Source: a virus
Lineage: Duplodnaviria; Caudoviricetes
DNA: 64,000 nucleotides
Virus record (IMG/VR): IMGVR_UViG_3300017763_003980
Direction: 5' to 3' (one strand)
Made by a program: the position numbers and the translations under genes
Shown: piece after piece, positions 48,159 through 57,454 of the stretch
Position numbering within the stretch: the stretch's first letter is position 1
Layout of the letters: each line of letters begins with the position of its first letter
Notes under the pieces: generated by a model
The model's database searches: none
The model's input: only the letters and a program-made list of their open reading frames with translations
What the model was told of the DNA's origin: nothing

Positions 48159-49393
48159 ATAAAACTCCTTGGTGCATGGATCCGTTCATTCAAATGGCCC
48201 ATACTGCTGATGGGTTTTTTAGAGTATGTTGTATTGGAGAAGTACATAGAGAACGCACTGATCTTAATACTAAAGAAATGACTCCTTTGGAATACTGGAA
48301 CAGCGATGTTAGTAAACAGATTCGATCGGATATGTTAAAGCCTATAGAAGAATTTAGCGACATCACAAAATATGCATGTAGTCAATGTTTAAAAAATAAT
48401 AGAGATGGTGTACGCAGTCGCAGACAAACGGAAAATGTAAGGTACCAAGATAATAAAAAAGCAAAAATAAATGTTATAAAACATTTAAAAAATATTGATT
48501 ACACGTATGATGACTTACTATATGTAAATTTTAAAGTATTAGGAAATATTTGTAATTTAAAATGCGTAATGTGTAGTGCAAATGCAAGTAGTAAAATTGC
48601 TGCAGAAGCAAAACAGCATTACGGATTTCCTCGAGGATGGAGTGCAGGCGACAAAGCAGAACTAGAACCGTTTACTCCTGATACACGTAATGACTATTTT
48701 ACAGAATTACAAAAAATAATTGACAGTATTCCAAAATTTAATTTAGTCGGCGGCGAAAATTTAATACATCCTGATTTCCCTCGTCTGTTCCAAATGTTTA
48801 TAGACAGCCCAAATATCAGTAATATTGATATGCTAATTATTACCAATGGAACAATAGTACCGGATATTGTGCAAGACAATGCACATTTATTTAAAAGTAT
48901 GACTATACTAATAAGTATGGACGGTGTTTATGAAAGAGGTTCATATGTGCGTTCAGGACTCAATTGGAAAAAGTTTGATACTAACGTAAGAAAATTTGCT
49001 AGTAATCCTCATGTATTTTTAAGACTAGTGCCAGCAATACAAATGCTTAATGCAGGATATGTTAAAGAAATGCATGAATGGATAGAGTCTGTAGGCCTAG
49101 ATCCTAAGATGTCGATAGATTGGAATAATGTTGTTACATATCCTGAAACTTTACGTGCAATTAATTTACCTAAAGAAATAAAACAAGAATATATGCGTAA
49201 GATGATAGGACCTGATATAACACACCCGTCAATACGAGTAGTTTTCGATATACTAAAACAGCCTCAATATAGTCACAAAGAGTTCCTTGAGGGACTTAAA
49301 TACTTACGTAAATTAGATAAAATTCGGAACACAAATCTACTAGAACATTTTCCTGAGTTTGAGCAGTATATAGGAGATATAGATGATAACTAA
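48155..49393 (+). CDS. Radical SAM enzyme with an N-terminal twitch-like Cys cluster, paralogue 3
   Basis: CNLKCVMC; LVGGENL; N-terminal CMDPF...VCC...CSQC. Confidence 0.85.
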   Translation: MNKTPWCMDPFIQMAHTADGFFRVCCIGEVHRERTDLNTKEMTPLEYWNSDVSKQIRSDMLKPIEEFSDITKYACSQCLKNNRDGVRSRRQTENVRYQDNKKAKINVIKHLKNIDYTYDDLLYVNFKVLGNICNLKCVMCSANASSKIAAEAKQHYGFPRGWSAGDKAELEPFTPDTRNDYFTELQKIIDSIPKFNLVGGENLIHPDFPRLFQMFIDSPNISNIDMLIITNGTIVPDIVQDNAHLFKSMTILISMDGVYERGSYVRSGLNWKKFDTNVRKFASNPHVFLRLVPAIQMLNAGYVKEMHEWIESVGLDPKMSIDWNNVVTYPETLRAINLPKEIKQEYMRKMIGPDITHPSIRVVFDILKQPQYSHKEFLEGLKYLRKLDKIRNTNLLEHFPEFEQYIGDIDDN

Positions 49394-50105
49394 CGAAGAA
49401 AAAGCAGAACTAGCAAAGTTCAGCTATTTAGAAGCTTTTAGAGATGGTACATTACCTGCCCCTAAAATAATGGATTTAGTTTGCGAAAGTCAGTTAGCTG
49501 CACTAGGTGATTTTGTACCATTAAAAGTAAAGATAAAATTAGGTGAATTTAGAAACGAAATAAAAAAATATGACGGTAAATGGGTGCCGTATCTGCCGCG
49601 AGAAGGTGAATTAAATGATAGACAAGGACTTAACTATATAGGGTTAGAAGGAGACACACCTTTTGATAGCATTAGTCTTCCTGAAGCAAGAAAACGCACA
49701 GGGAAAAAATTAGTAGAAATTGACTTTAGTACTAAAACACAACTATATAATGATTTACCAAGTCTGAAAGCAATTACAGATGTTTGGCCAGACCCTTGTC
49801 GTTGTACACTAGTAAAAGTTAATAAAGGTGGCTGGTTTCCTTATCATCGTGATAGTGTGTTATTAAATAGAAGAACATTTAGAATAATTGCATTTCTTAC
49901 AAATACTGGCGCAGAGTGTTATCAATGGGAGCATGACTATACAATGCGTACAATTGAAGAAGGAAGATGCTATTATGTAAACACACAATTAGCTCATAGA
50001 ACCCATAGTTATGTACCCGATAGCATACACCTAGTAATGAATATACCAAAAACACTTGAAAATGTTTTTAGGGTAATGGACATACTAAAGCACGGCGAAA
50101 CATAA
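49383..50105 (+). CDS. Fe(II)/2-oxoglutarate dioxygenase (AspH-like)
   Basis: GGWFPYHRD (HxD), VNTQLAHRT (distal His), IHLVMNI. Confidence 0.7.
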   Translation: MITNEEKAELAKFSYLEAFRDGTLPAPKIMDLVCESQLAALGDFVPLKVKIKLGEFRNEIKKYDGKWVPYLPREGELNDRQGLNYIGLEGDTPFDSISLPEARKRTGKKLVEIDFSTKTQLYNDLPSLKAITDVWPDPCRCTLVKVNKGGWFPYHRDSVLLNRRTFRIIAFLTNTGAECYQWEHDYTMRTIEEGRCYYVNTQLAHRTHSYVPDSIHLVMNIPKTLENVFRVMDILKHGET

Positions 50106-50842
50106 TGGGCATAGTTACTAAAACTATTCGACGTGATCAACACATACATAAACTAAAAGAAAGAATGTCACCTGCTTATAGTATAGAAAATTTTTTATCT
50201 ACACAGGAGTTAAATGATCTATATAGTTTGTGGAACAGCAAACAGGAATGTGCTATTACAAAAAACACTGGTCCTATTACAGTAAATTTAAAAGACATTC
50301 GCGATTCTGATATTATTAAGTGTGTAATAAAAAAAATACAAAAACAAATTGGTGATGAATGTAGATGTTGGGGAGGACAATTTTTCTATACTAATGTTCC
50401 TTATGTAATACATAACGACGATGATTCACACACATTTCCAGATGCATTTAAAGCTGTTAGTATGCCTATTAAAGTGTGGCCTGAAGATAAAGAAAGTTCA
50501 TTAACTGAATTAGTATGTTTTGAACAAGCATATTTTGAAGGACCGTCAAAGTTTTTTAATGGTGGTCCTGAGCAAGAAACATATTATAATGTTGCTGTAT
50601 ATGATTATGAATATGTGCATAACTTAAAAGAACAATCAATACCAAAGATAATAACAGATAAATTGTTGCCACATCTAAAAACAGAATGGTTACAAGGATT
50701 AAGTATAGATAATAAATTTAAATGGCAATTAGGCAACGCAATAGTTTTTGACTCTCTTAAATTACATGCAAGTACAGATTTTAGAAAAAAAGGTATAGAA
50801 GGAAAGTTAGGATTAAGTTTATTTTTTGAGAAGGCACTATGA
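50105..50842 (+). CDS. Fe(II)/2-oxoglutarate dioxygenase-like protein
   Basis: YVIHND (HxD); GNAIVFDSLKLHAS; KLGLSLF. Confidence 0.65.
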   Translation: MGIVTKTIRRDQHIHKLKERMSPAYSIENFLSTQELNDLYSLWNSKQECAITKNTGPITVNLKDIRDSDIIKCVIKKIQKQIGDECRCWGGQFFYTNVPYVIHNDDDSHTFPDAFKAVSMPIKVWPEDKESSLTELVCFEQAYFEGPSKFFNGGPEQETYYNVAVYDYEYVHNLKEQSIPKIITDKLLPHLKTEWLQGLSIDNKFKWQLGNAIVFDSLKLHASTDFRKKGIEGKLGLSLFFEKAL

Positions 50843-51402
50843 GATTAGAAACTTTTACACAAAAAACTATAAATGATAGACAACACGATGCACTAGTTAG
50901 TTTATCTCAGTATGCAAGTACACTTAATGATCCTGCTGCAAAAAATTATGCTGTAGATGATTGGGAAGAAAGAACAGACACTTTATTATATGCTTTTTAC
51001 AAGAAAAAAAGATTTGATATATTTAATATACTATATCATAAAGACACACCTATAGCAATGGCAGGAGCATATGTTTTTAATCATCAACCAATAATAGGAG
51101 TAAGAACATTTACGCATCCAGACTTTAGAGGCGGCGGACATTGGTGCCAAGCAAGATACATACTTCCTGCACAAATAGATTACTATGATGAACAAAATTA
51201 TAAAACAGTTTGGCTTACATTTAACGACTACAATACACGGCTAGTAAATTTTATCAAACGCATAAGTGAAGGCCGATCATCTCACCTAGGAGGCGGTCCG
51301 AAAAAGATATATCAAAATCTTACTTGGCACGATGAACCAAAAACAGTACAGTATACAAAGCAAATAATTGCTGAATTAAAAATATCAGATTATAAAAAAT
51401 GA
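50839..51402 (+). CDS. GNAT-like acyltransferase
   Basis: PIAMAG...RTFTHPDFRGGG resembles GNAT motif A. Confidence 0.55.
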   Translation: MRLETFTQKTINDRQHDALVSLSQYASTLNDPAAKNYAVDDWEERTDTLLYAFYKKKRFDIFNILYHKDTPIAMAGAYVFNHQPIIGVRTFTHPDFRGGGHWCQARYILPAQIDYYDEQNYKTVWLTFNDYNTRLVNFIKRISEGRSSHLGGGPKKIYQNLTWHDEPKTVQYTKQIIAELKISDYKK

Positions 51403-51881
51403 AATTAATTAAAATTAAAAAAATTTCAGGAAGTCGAGAAAGAAGAGTATACAAATATAAAACACATTATAGAAAACATTGGAACTTCGCTAGTAATAAG
51501 TTTGCAACAAGATTGCCAATAAAAGAGCATGTAGAAATGGTAAACAAACTAGTTCCTGGATATATTTTAGGATATAAAGTTTTAAAGAAATGTATGTGGA
51601 TAGACTACAATATAGTTCCAGGTATTCCTGCATCGGACATGACTGTGTTTCCAAGAACTCCAGAATTTATTACAAAAGTATATAACTTTTGTATTGACAA
51701 TATTAGAGAAACAGCACCATATGCTCACTATGATTGGTCATTAGATAACATAATTATTGATGGTGATAATTTACAATTAATAGATTGGGATCTTTGTGCA
51801 ATTTACACAGACCAAGAAATTAAAGAAAGATTTGAATCACAGTATATTGGTCAGCTGTACTCCAAACTTCACAGTTCTTAA
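51399..51881 (+). CDS. Small kinase-like (APH/choline kinase/protein kinase fold) protein
   Basis: HYDWSLDNII catalytic-loop-like and LQLIDWD DFG-like motifs; only 160 aa. Confidence 0.55.
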   Translation: MKLIKIKKISGSRERRVYKYKTHYRKHWNFASNKFATRLPIKEHVEMVNKLVPGYILGYKVLKKCMWIDYNIVPGIPASDMTVFPRTPEFITKVYNFCIDNIRETAPYAHYDWSLDNIIIDGDNLQLIDWDLCAIYTDQEIKERFESQYIGQLYSKLHSS

Positions 51882-51898
51882 AACTTAAAAGATTGATT

Positions 51899-51906
51899 GA
51901 TAAATA
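51899..51906 (+). promoter_or_regulatory. T4-like late promoter GATAAATA, 5 nt before the desaturase ATG
   Basis: GATAAATA-TATAT-ATG(51912). Confidence 0.6.
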
Positions 51907-51911
51907 TATAT

Positions 51912-52682
51912 ATGATAAAAGATATATTTAGATCTAACACACAGCTTTTTCCGGTAGGGCAATTAGTAAGTACAATCACGTTGCTTTATATGCTATATCT
52001 TACAGCACTAGGCTCGGTTGCTCCACAATGGTGGTTAGCAAGTCTTGCGATGTATTTTTGCACAGGTTGTCTAGGAATTACTATTACATATCATAGATAT
52101 CTAACACATAGAAGCTTTAAGTATCGTTACAAATGGATGGAATATGTATTTTCGTTTTTTGGAGCGATGGGAGGTACAGGTAGTTCAATAGGTTGGGTAG
52201 CTGTGCATAATGAACATCATAAGCACACAGATAAAGATGGTGATCCTCATTCACCACACTTAGGTTTTTGGAATGTTATAATTCCAAGATATACATTTGA
52301 TATGAATAAATTTGCTGTAAGACACTTAGTAACTAACAAGTTTCATTTAGCACTACATAATTATTACTACTTAATAATGCTAGCTTGGATAGGACTACTA
52401 TATATAATAGGTGGCGCTAACTTATCTATATTTGTTGGTGTTATTCCGGTCGCAATTCAAATATGGGCAAGTGTAATGAGTAACTATGGTAATCATACTT
52501 GGGGATATAGGAATTTTGAGACTAAAGAAGAAAGCAAAAATACATGGTGGCTTGCAATATTAACTTTCGGAGAAGGATGGCACAATAATCATCATGCTAA
52601 ACCTGGTAGATGGAACTTTTCTCATAAATGGTGGGAAATAGATATGAGTGCTTGGGTTATACGATTATTAAAAACATCTTAA
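51912..52682 (+). CDS. Membrane fatty-acid (delta-9-type acyl-CoA/acyl-lipid) desaturase
   Basis: Three His boxes, HRYLTH, HNEHH and HNNHH (GEGWHNNHH); HTDKDGDPHSP; hydrophobic segments. Confidence 0.9.
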   Translation: MIKDIFRSNTQLFPVGQLVSTITLLYMLYLTALGSVAPQWWLASLAMYFCTGCLGITITYHRYLTHRSFKYRYKWMEYVFSFFGAMGGTGSSIGWVAVHNEHHKHTDKDGDPHSPHLGFWNVIIPRYTFDMNKFAVRHLVTNKFHLALHNYYYLIMLAWIGLLYIIGGANLSIFVGVIPVAIQIWASVMSNYGNHTWGYRNFETKEESKNTWWLAILTFGEGWHNNHHAKPGRWNFSHKWWEIDMSAWVIRLLKTS

Positions 52683-52688
52683 TTAATA

Positions 52689-54152
52689 ATGTATCATGTT
52701 ATTATCTTTACAGGTATACTTCAAAGTCCCAGTTCTATCTTTAAACCCCTCGGCGCATATCGTATACGCACAGAACTAGAATCTCAAGGTTATAATGTAA
52801 AAGTTATAGACCATTATCATAATTTAACCGAAGAACATATACAAAAAGCATTTGAAAAATATGTTGGAAAAGAAACATTATGGGTCGGTTTTAGCACTAC
52901 CTTTCTAAATACAACAACTTTACTTGCAGACAGATCTCATTTTTATATGAGATTAAGAAAAAAATATAATGTTCCTATAGTTATTGGCGGCGCAAAAGCT
53001 ATGGTAGAATTTTTGCCATGGGCTGACATTTTCATTACTGGATATGCTGATGATGCAGTTGTATCTGTAACTAATCATTTAGCACAAAAAGGTAGCACTC
53101 CTAAATGGAAAGATTACAAAGGTAAAAAAATTATTGACAGCAATCATGAATATGATAGAAAAGATTTATCTAACATAGGAGTAGTTTGGAAAGCAGAAGA
53201 TGGTATAAGTCCAACTCAAGCACTACCTATGGAAATAGCTAGAGGTTGTATTTTTAATTGTGCGTTTTGTAATTTTCCGTTGAATAATAAATCTAAATTT
53301 GATTATGTTCGAGTAAAAGAAGATATGACAAACGAGTTTTTACGTAACTACGAACAATTCGGTACTACTTACTATTGTTTTATGGATGATACATATAATG
53401 ATAGCATGAAAAAATTAGAATTAATGCATGATGTAATAACTAATTTACCTTTCAAAATTAAGTTCGATACATATATTAAACCAGAATTATTAGCAACATG
53501 GCCCGACCAAGCTGATCTTTTAGTAGAAACTGGACTAGTAGGAGCAAGCTTAGGACTTGAAACACTTAACAGAGATGCAAGACAAGCTATCCAAAAGGGC
53601 AAGAATATAGAAAAAGTATTAGAATCTATTGATAAACTTAAAGAAAAGAATAACGGACAAGTAAAAATACAATGTAATATGATTGTAGGCCTTCCGCATG
53701 AATCAGCTCAAAGTATTTGGAAATCTCACGAACAAATTATTAATAATAAAAGCATTGATTGGTGGAACTGGTATCCATTACAAATACATTCAAAAGATCA
53801 TCATGAATATCATTCTCCTATCGATAGAAATCCAGAAAAGTTTGGCTACAAAATAAGTCAAACAAAATTAATAAAAAATAATAGGGTAGACACTAACTAT
53901 TGGCTTACAGACTGGAATAATGAACATATGAATTCTGACATGGCAGGAATGTTATCTGTGAAGTTGCGAAGTATGGCTCAACAACACGTTAAAGTAGCAG
54001 GATGGAACTGTAGTAGTTTTGAAAGTCTAGGATTAGACTTAGATGAACATTACAGTACGCATGAAGGATTAGTGCAAAATATGCCTATTGAAGATATGAA
54101 AATAAAAAAACAAAAAATAGTAGACGACTACATTCACAATGTAATAATGTAA
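52689..54152 (+). CDS. Cobalamin-binding (class B-like) radical SAM enzyme
   Basis: N-terminal PLGAYRIRTELESQGYNVKVID B12-domain-like segment; IARGCIFNCAFC triad; FMDDT; SLGLET; MIVGLP. Confidence 0.8.
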   Translation: MYHVIIFTGILQSPSSIFKPLGAYRIRTELESQGYNVKVIDHYHNLTEEHIQKAFEKYVGKETLWVGFSTTFLNTTTLLADRSHFYMRLRKKYNVPIVIGGAKAMVEFLPWADIFITGYADDAVVSVTNHLAQKGSTPKWKDYKGKKIIDSNHEYDRKDLSNIGVVWKAEDGISPTQALPMEIARGCIFNCAFCNFPLNNKSKFDYVRVKEDMTNEFLRNYEQFGTTYYCFMDDTYNDSMKKLELMHDVITNLPFKIKFDTYIKPELLATWPDQADLLVETGLVGASLGLETLNRDARQAIQKGKNIEKVLESIDKLKEKNNGQVKIQCNMIVGLPHESAQSIWKSHEQIINNKSIDWWNWYPLQIHSKDHHEYHSPIDRNPEKFGYKISQTKLIKNNRVDTNYWLTDWNNEHMNSDMAGMLSVKLRSMAQQHVKVAGWNCSSFESLGLDLDEHYSTHEGLVQNMPIEDMKIKKQKIVDDYIHNVIM

Positions 54153-54745
54153 TCTTTAAATTTCTTTAAGCTCATTTTTAAAATTTGACGATGCTTTATA
54201 ATATCTAACTCTCCAGAAATAGTCATAATTATTTTTCTGTCTGGATCAGTAGGCAAATCAGAAGCATGTAAGGCATCATAGTTATTTACAGCAAACCATT
54301 TTGTTAAATTGTTAGGATGTTTTATATACAATTTATCTTCAATATCTTTATCTTTTTGAAAATACATTAACGGTTTATCGTATACCATGAATGCTTTATA
54401 AGAGTCTGGTTGATCATTACTATTAATTGTTGCCTGTGAAGTCCTATCTCGGTGTAGCATACAAGGTATTTTTTGTTCTAAAAAATTTATATATGTAATA
54501 TCAGTAAATGGCAAATAATTTTCTACTATATGTTTTAAATTAGGTATTACCTTTAGTAGACTTTCATTCCATCCACTTTCTTTTTGGTATGCAAAACTTA
54601 CCAACCAAGGAGAAATAAAATCTTTTGTACAATGTCCAATGTTGTTTGTAGTACGTTTACGATTAGCTTCATGCCATGTTATAAATTGTTGCCTGTCAAA
54701 CTCGACCTCCGGTAAGTTAATTGGAGTATATAAAGCTAGTACCAT
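54134..54745 (-). CDS. Fe(II)/2-oxoglutarate dioxygenase-like protein
   Basis: CMLHRD (HxD); FAVNNYDALHAS; KIIMTISG. Confidence 0.65.
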   Translation of the reverse strand: MVLALYTPINLPEVEFDRQQFITWHEANRKRTTNNIGHCTKDFISPWLVSFAYQKESGWNESLLKVIPNLKHIVENYLPFTDITYINFLEQKIPCMLHRDRTSQATINSNDQPDSYKAFMVYDKPLMYFQKDKDIEDKLYIKHPNNLTKWFAVNNYDALHASDLPTDPDRKIIMTISGELDIIKHRQILKMSLKKFKDYIITL

Positions 54746-55443
54746 ATTTGGTATTCCTTATGCTTTTGTGTACTATCATTAAATAGTTTATATAATCTCT
54801 CCTTATCATATTCTCCTATTATCACACAGGTTATTCTACTACCAGTTGGAGTAGGATTTTCATCTAAGCCATGCCATGCTCTATAACTGTTAAGCATCCA
54901 GGCACATCGATCTTTCGGAAATTTAGCATAAATTTTTTCATCTCTACAAAAGTCTAAATGATTGCGCCTTTCTTTCAAAGGAGTACCGTCATCATCTTCC
55001 ATAGTACGTATCCTATGATTATGTGGTTCCTTCATCCTACTAAAGTAGAGTGCTTCCTTTGTTTTATTTTTTAAATAAAATCTCATCCCCCAACAATCGT
55101 CTGGATCACTATGCGGTGCAACTTTTGCTCCTCCAATTTGATTCAGGAAGCTTATACTTTTCATTTGTTTGAATGGAAATAAATTTAGATATTCAACTAA
55201 TTCTGGAAAGCGTTTATCAAATCCACATATCCAAGGCTCCTCAGTTTTATATGTATTCCACCATTTAGCCCAACTTATATGCCAACAATATCCTCCGTAT
55301 AAATTTGTACTGTTAACTTTATTTTGATTGTGTTTAAGCATGTAAGATTTTTGTTCGCTATGCCATGCTACAAACTCATCCATATCAACCTCAGGTGGGC
55401 CAGGGAGGTCTAGTGGCGAGAATATTAAATTTTTCCAATCCAT
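54736..55443 (-). CDS. Fe(II)/2-oxoglutarate dioxygenase-like protein
   Basis: AKVAPHSD (HxD); WMLNSYRAWHG; RITCVIIG; paralogous in layout to its neighbour. Confidence 0.65.
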   Translation of the reverse strand: MDWKNLIFSPLDLPGPPEVDMDEFVAWHSEQKSYMLKHNQNKVNSTNLYGGYCWHISWAKWWNTYKTEEPWICGFDKRFPELVEYLNLFPFKQMKSISFLNQIGGAKVAPHSDPDDCWGMRFYLKNKTKEALYFSRMKEPHNHRIRTMEDDDGTPLKERRNHLDFCRDEKIYAKFPKDRCAWMLNSYRAWHGLDENPTPTGSRITCVIIGEYDKERLYKLFNDSTQKHKEYQIWY

Positions 55444-56118
55444 TTATTTCTTTCTACCAAATATTCTTATTTGTACTCTAGGTGAAAATATTTCTGTTGT
55501 ACAGTGCGGCAAACTATCGTCGAAGTGCCAGCATTTATATTTTGATTCGTCTACTTCAAACATTTCATTGCCTACTCTATACTGTAAGTGGCCGCCTCCG
55601 TCAGAAACATTTAGCGTGATAGCAACACCGCCATTTTTAAAGTATAACAAATTATCTCTATGTCTAGCATCGGCATGTACTATACCTTTGCTAGGTGGAG
55701 TTTGGCCTACAAGCCTAACACAACTAATGTATTCTAAATTAAATTTATTAACAATGTCAATCAAGCTTTGTGGCGCATCATCTTTCCAAGTCCATGCAGT
55801 ATCATATACATGCCATATAGGACTTCTTCCTCTAAATGTTTCCAAGTAACATGTATTTGAAGTTTCTGGTATACCCGGTATATGTGTGAAGTTATAGTTT
55901 ACAAATGTTTTATATTTGTTTTCTACTAAGTTACGATTGTCATCATAATGAGTTACATCATCGTACTTTTCAAAATAACCATCTTTGTCATAATTACTTC
56001 GTCCGTCAGTGTAAATAACTGTAGCAAGAAAGCTTTCGTCAAACATATTTGTTGACATTAGATCGTTATAAAGGCTTTGTTGATCAAAGTCAACATCTAT
56101 AGGTTCAAAAGCATTCAT
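55444..56118 (-). CDS. Fe(II)/2-oxoglutarate dioxygenase (AspH-like)
   Basis: GIVHAD (HxD); WHFDDSLPHC; RVQIRIFG. Start set at ATG56118 (MNAFEP), because the longer ORF runs antisense over the next gene. Confidence 0.65.
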   Translation of the reverse strand: MNAFEPIDVDFDQQSLYNDLMSTNMFDESFLATVIYTDGRSNYDKDGYFEKYDDVTHYDDNRNLVENKYKTFVNYNFTHIPGIPETSNTCYLETFRGRSPIWHVYDTAWTWKDDAPQSLIDIVNKFNLEYISCVRLVGQTPPSKGIVHADARHRDNLLYFKNGGVAITLNVSDGGGHLQYRVGNEMFEVDESKYKCWHFDDSLPHCTTEIFSPRVQIRIFGRKK

Positions 56119-56123
56119 AATAA

Positions 56124-56131
56124 TACTTATC
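56124..56131 (-). promoter_or_regulatory. Late promoter variant GATAAGTA, 5 nt before ATG56118
   Basis: The minus strand reads GATAAGTA-TTATT-ATG. Confidence 0.5.
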
Positions 56132-56142
56132 TGGAAGTCTTT

Positions 56143-57018
56143 ATGTCTATAAACTATCTGACACACAATAATTATTTTACTACATCTGGTCACGGAAAAG
56201 ACTGGACAGTACATTTAAAATCAGTTACACAAACGCCTAATTCTTGGTTTACTGAAAGTATAAGGTCGGCACAACTAATTAAAGAATCTGCAGATAGTCC
56301 TTTAGTGCTATTATTCAGCGGTGGACTAGATAGTGAATACATGCTTAATATTTTTAGACATGCTGGAATAGATTTTAAAGTTGCAATTATTAGCTATGGT
56401 GATTATAACATACACGACAATAAGCATGCATTCGAATATTGCAAAGCACACGGTATTGAACCTATAGTTATAGATATAGATATGGATTGGTTTATAAACA
56501 GCGGGAAAATAATTGAAATAGCTAATTTAGCTAAATGCTGTGCTTACCAAATTCCTAGTATTATGCACGGAATATCACAAATAGACGGCACAGTTATAAT
56601 GGCCAACGGAGAACCATATGTAAAAAACTTTGATGGAGATTGGCGCTGGGAAGAAACTGAACGTGTAAACAGCTATATGAATTGGTTTTCTTTGTTGCAT
56701 CTTGAAGGCACTCCAGATTTTCTAAGATACACTCCAGAAATGACAGTAAGTTTTTTAATGGAACCTAGAGTAATACAGCTAGTAAATAATGAACATCCTG
56801 GCAAGCTTAGTACTCGTACAAGTAAACATATGATATATACCCAGCACTTAAAAATGTCTAAACGAGCAAAATTTACAGGTTGGGAAAAACTAGAAAAACT
56901 TCCAATAATGCAACATGAATTATTTAAAGAATTTGATTTATTGAAAGAAAAGTATAATGGAGTTTTTGAACTAGGTTATAACGACCTTGTTGATGAGCTG
57001 TTAAAGTACGGAACCTGA
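56143..57018 (+). CDS. PP-loop (adenine nucleotide alpha-hydrolase; QueC/AsnB-like) protein
   Basis: LVLLFSGGLDSEY PP-loop; start at ATG56143 (MSINYL). Confidence 0.7.
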   Translation: MSINYLTHNNYFTTSGHGKDWTVHLKSVTQTPNSWFTESIRSAQLIKESADSPLVLLFSGGLDSEYMLNIFRHAGIDFKVAIISYGDYNIHDNKHAFEYCKAHGIEPIVIDIDMDWFINSGKIIEIANLAKCCAYQIPSIMHGISQIDGTVIMANGEPYVKNFDGDWRWEETERVNSYMNWFSLLHLEGTPDFLRYTPEMTVSFLMEPRVIQLVNNEHPGKLSTRTSKHMIYTQHLKMSKRAKFTGWEKLEKLPIMQHELFKEFDLLKEKYNGVFELGYNDLVDELLKYGT

Positions 57019-57414
57019 GACACCAGATCCATTTTCGTAGTTAGGATCTAATTCTGTTTTCCTTGCATGTTCTACATACGTTTCATCTCGTTCAGCAGCA
57101 AAAGTAGCAAATTCATCAAACGTTATATCTTCTACAATTGTGTCTACGTGCCCTGTTGCTGATTCTAGATAAGCACGATGAGGAGCAAAATTACTTACTG
57201 ATGTTTCCGAGTCTAAAATAAACACACAATTAATATTTTCGCCTTCGTGTTCATAATTTCTAAACCAAATGTCACCGTTTTCAGTCATAGTTTTTAGGCC
57301 ATTAAACATATTGGCATATGCTGTTTTGTCATTATCTAATTCATCAATAATTTCAGTAACAAATTGTGTAATACGTCTTCCATTATGCGGATATCTAATA
57401 GTGACTTTTTTCAT
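57001..57414 (-). CDS. Acidic 137-aa hypothetical protein with its own late promoter and strong SD
   Basis: GATAAATA (57440-57433) and AAGGAG upstream of ATG57414; no enzyme motif. Confidence 0.75.
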   Translation of the reverse strand: MKKVTIRYPHNGRRITQFVTEIIDELDNDKTAYANMFNGLKTMTENGDIWFRNYEHEGENINCVFILDSETSVSNFAPHRAYLESATGHVDTIVEDITFDEFATFAAERDETYVEHARKTELDPNYENGSGVSGSVL

Positions 57415-57432
57415 GTTTACTCCTTATGCTAG

Positions 57433-57449
57433 TATTTATCAGTTAAATA
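57433..57449. promoter_or_regulatory. Back-to-back divergent late promoters
   Basis: Minus strand GATAAATA at 57440-57433; plus strand GTTAAATA at 57442-57449, followed 5 nt later by ATG57455. Confidence 0.6.
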
Positions 57450-57454
57450 TATTT

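Noticed and set aside
56143-57018. Calling this gene queC
   Set aside because: Only the PP-loop is recognisable; there is no QueC zinc-binding Cys motif and no other que genes here.
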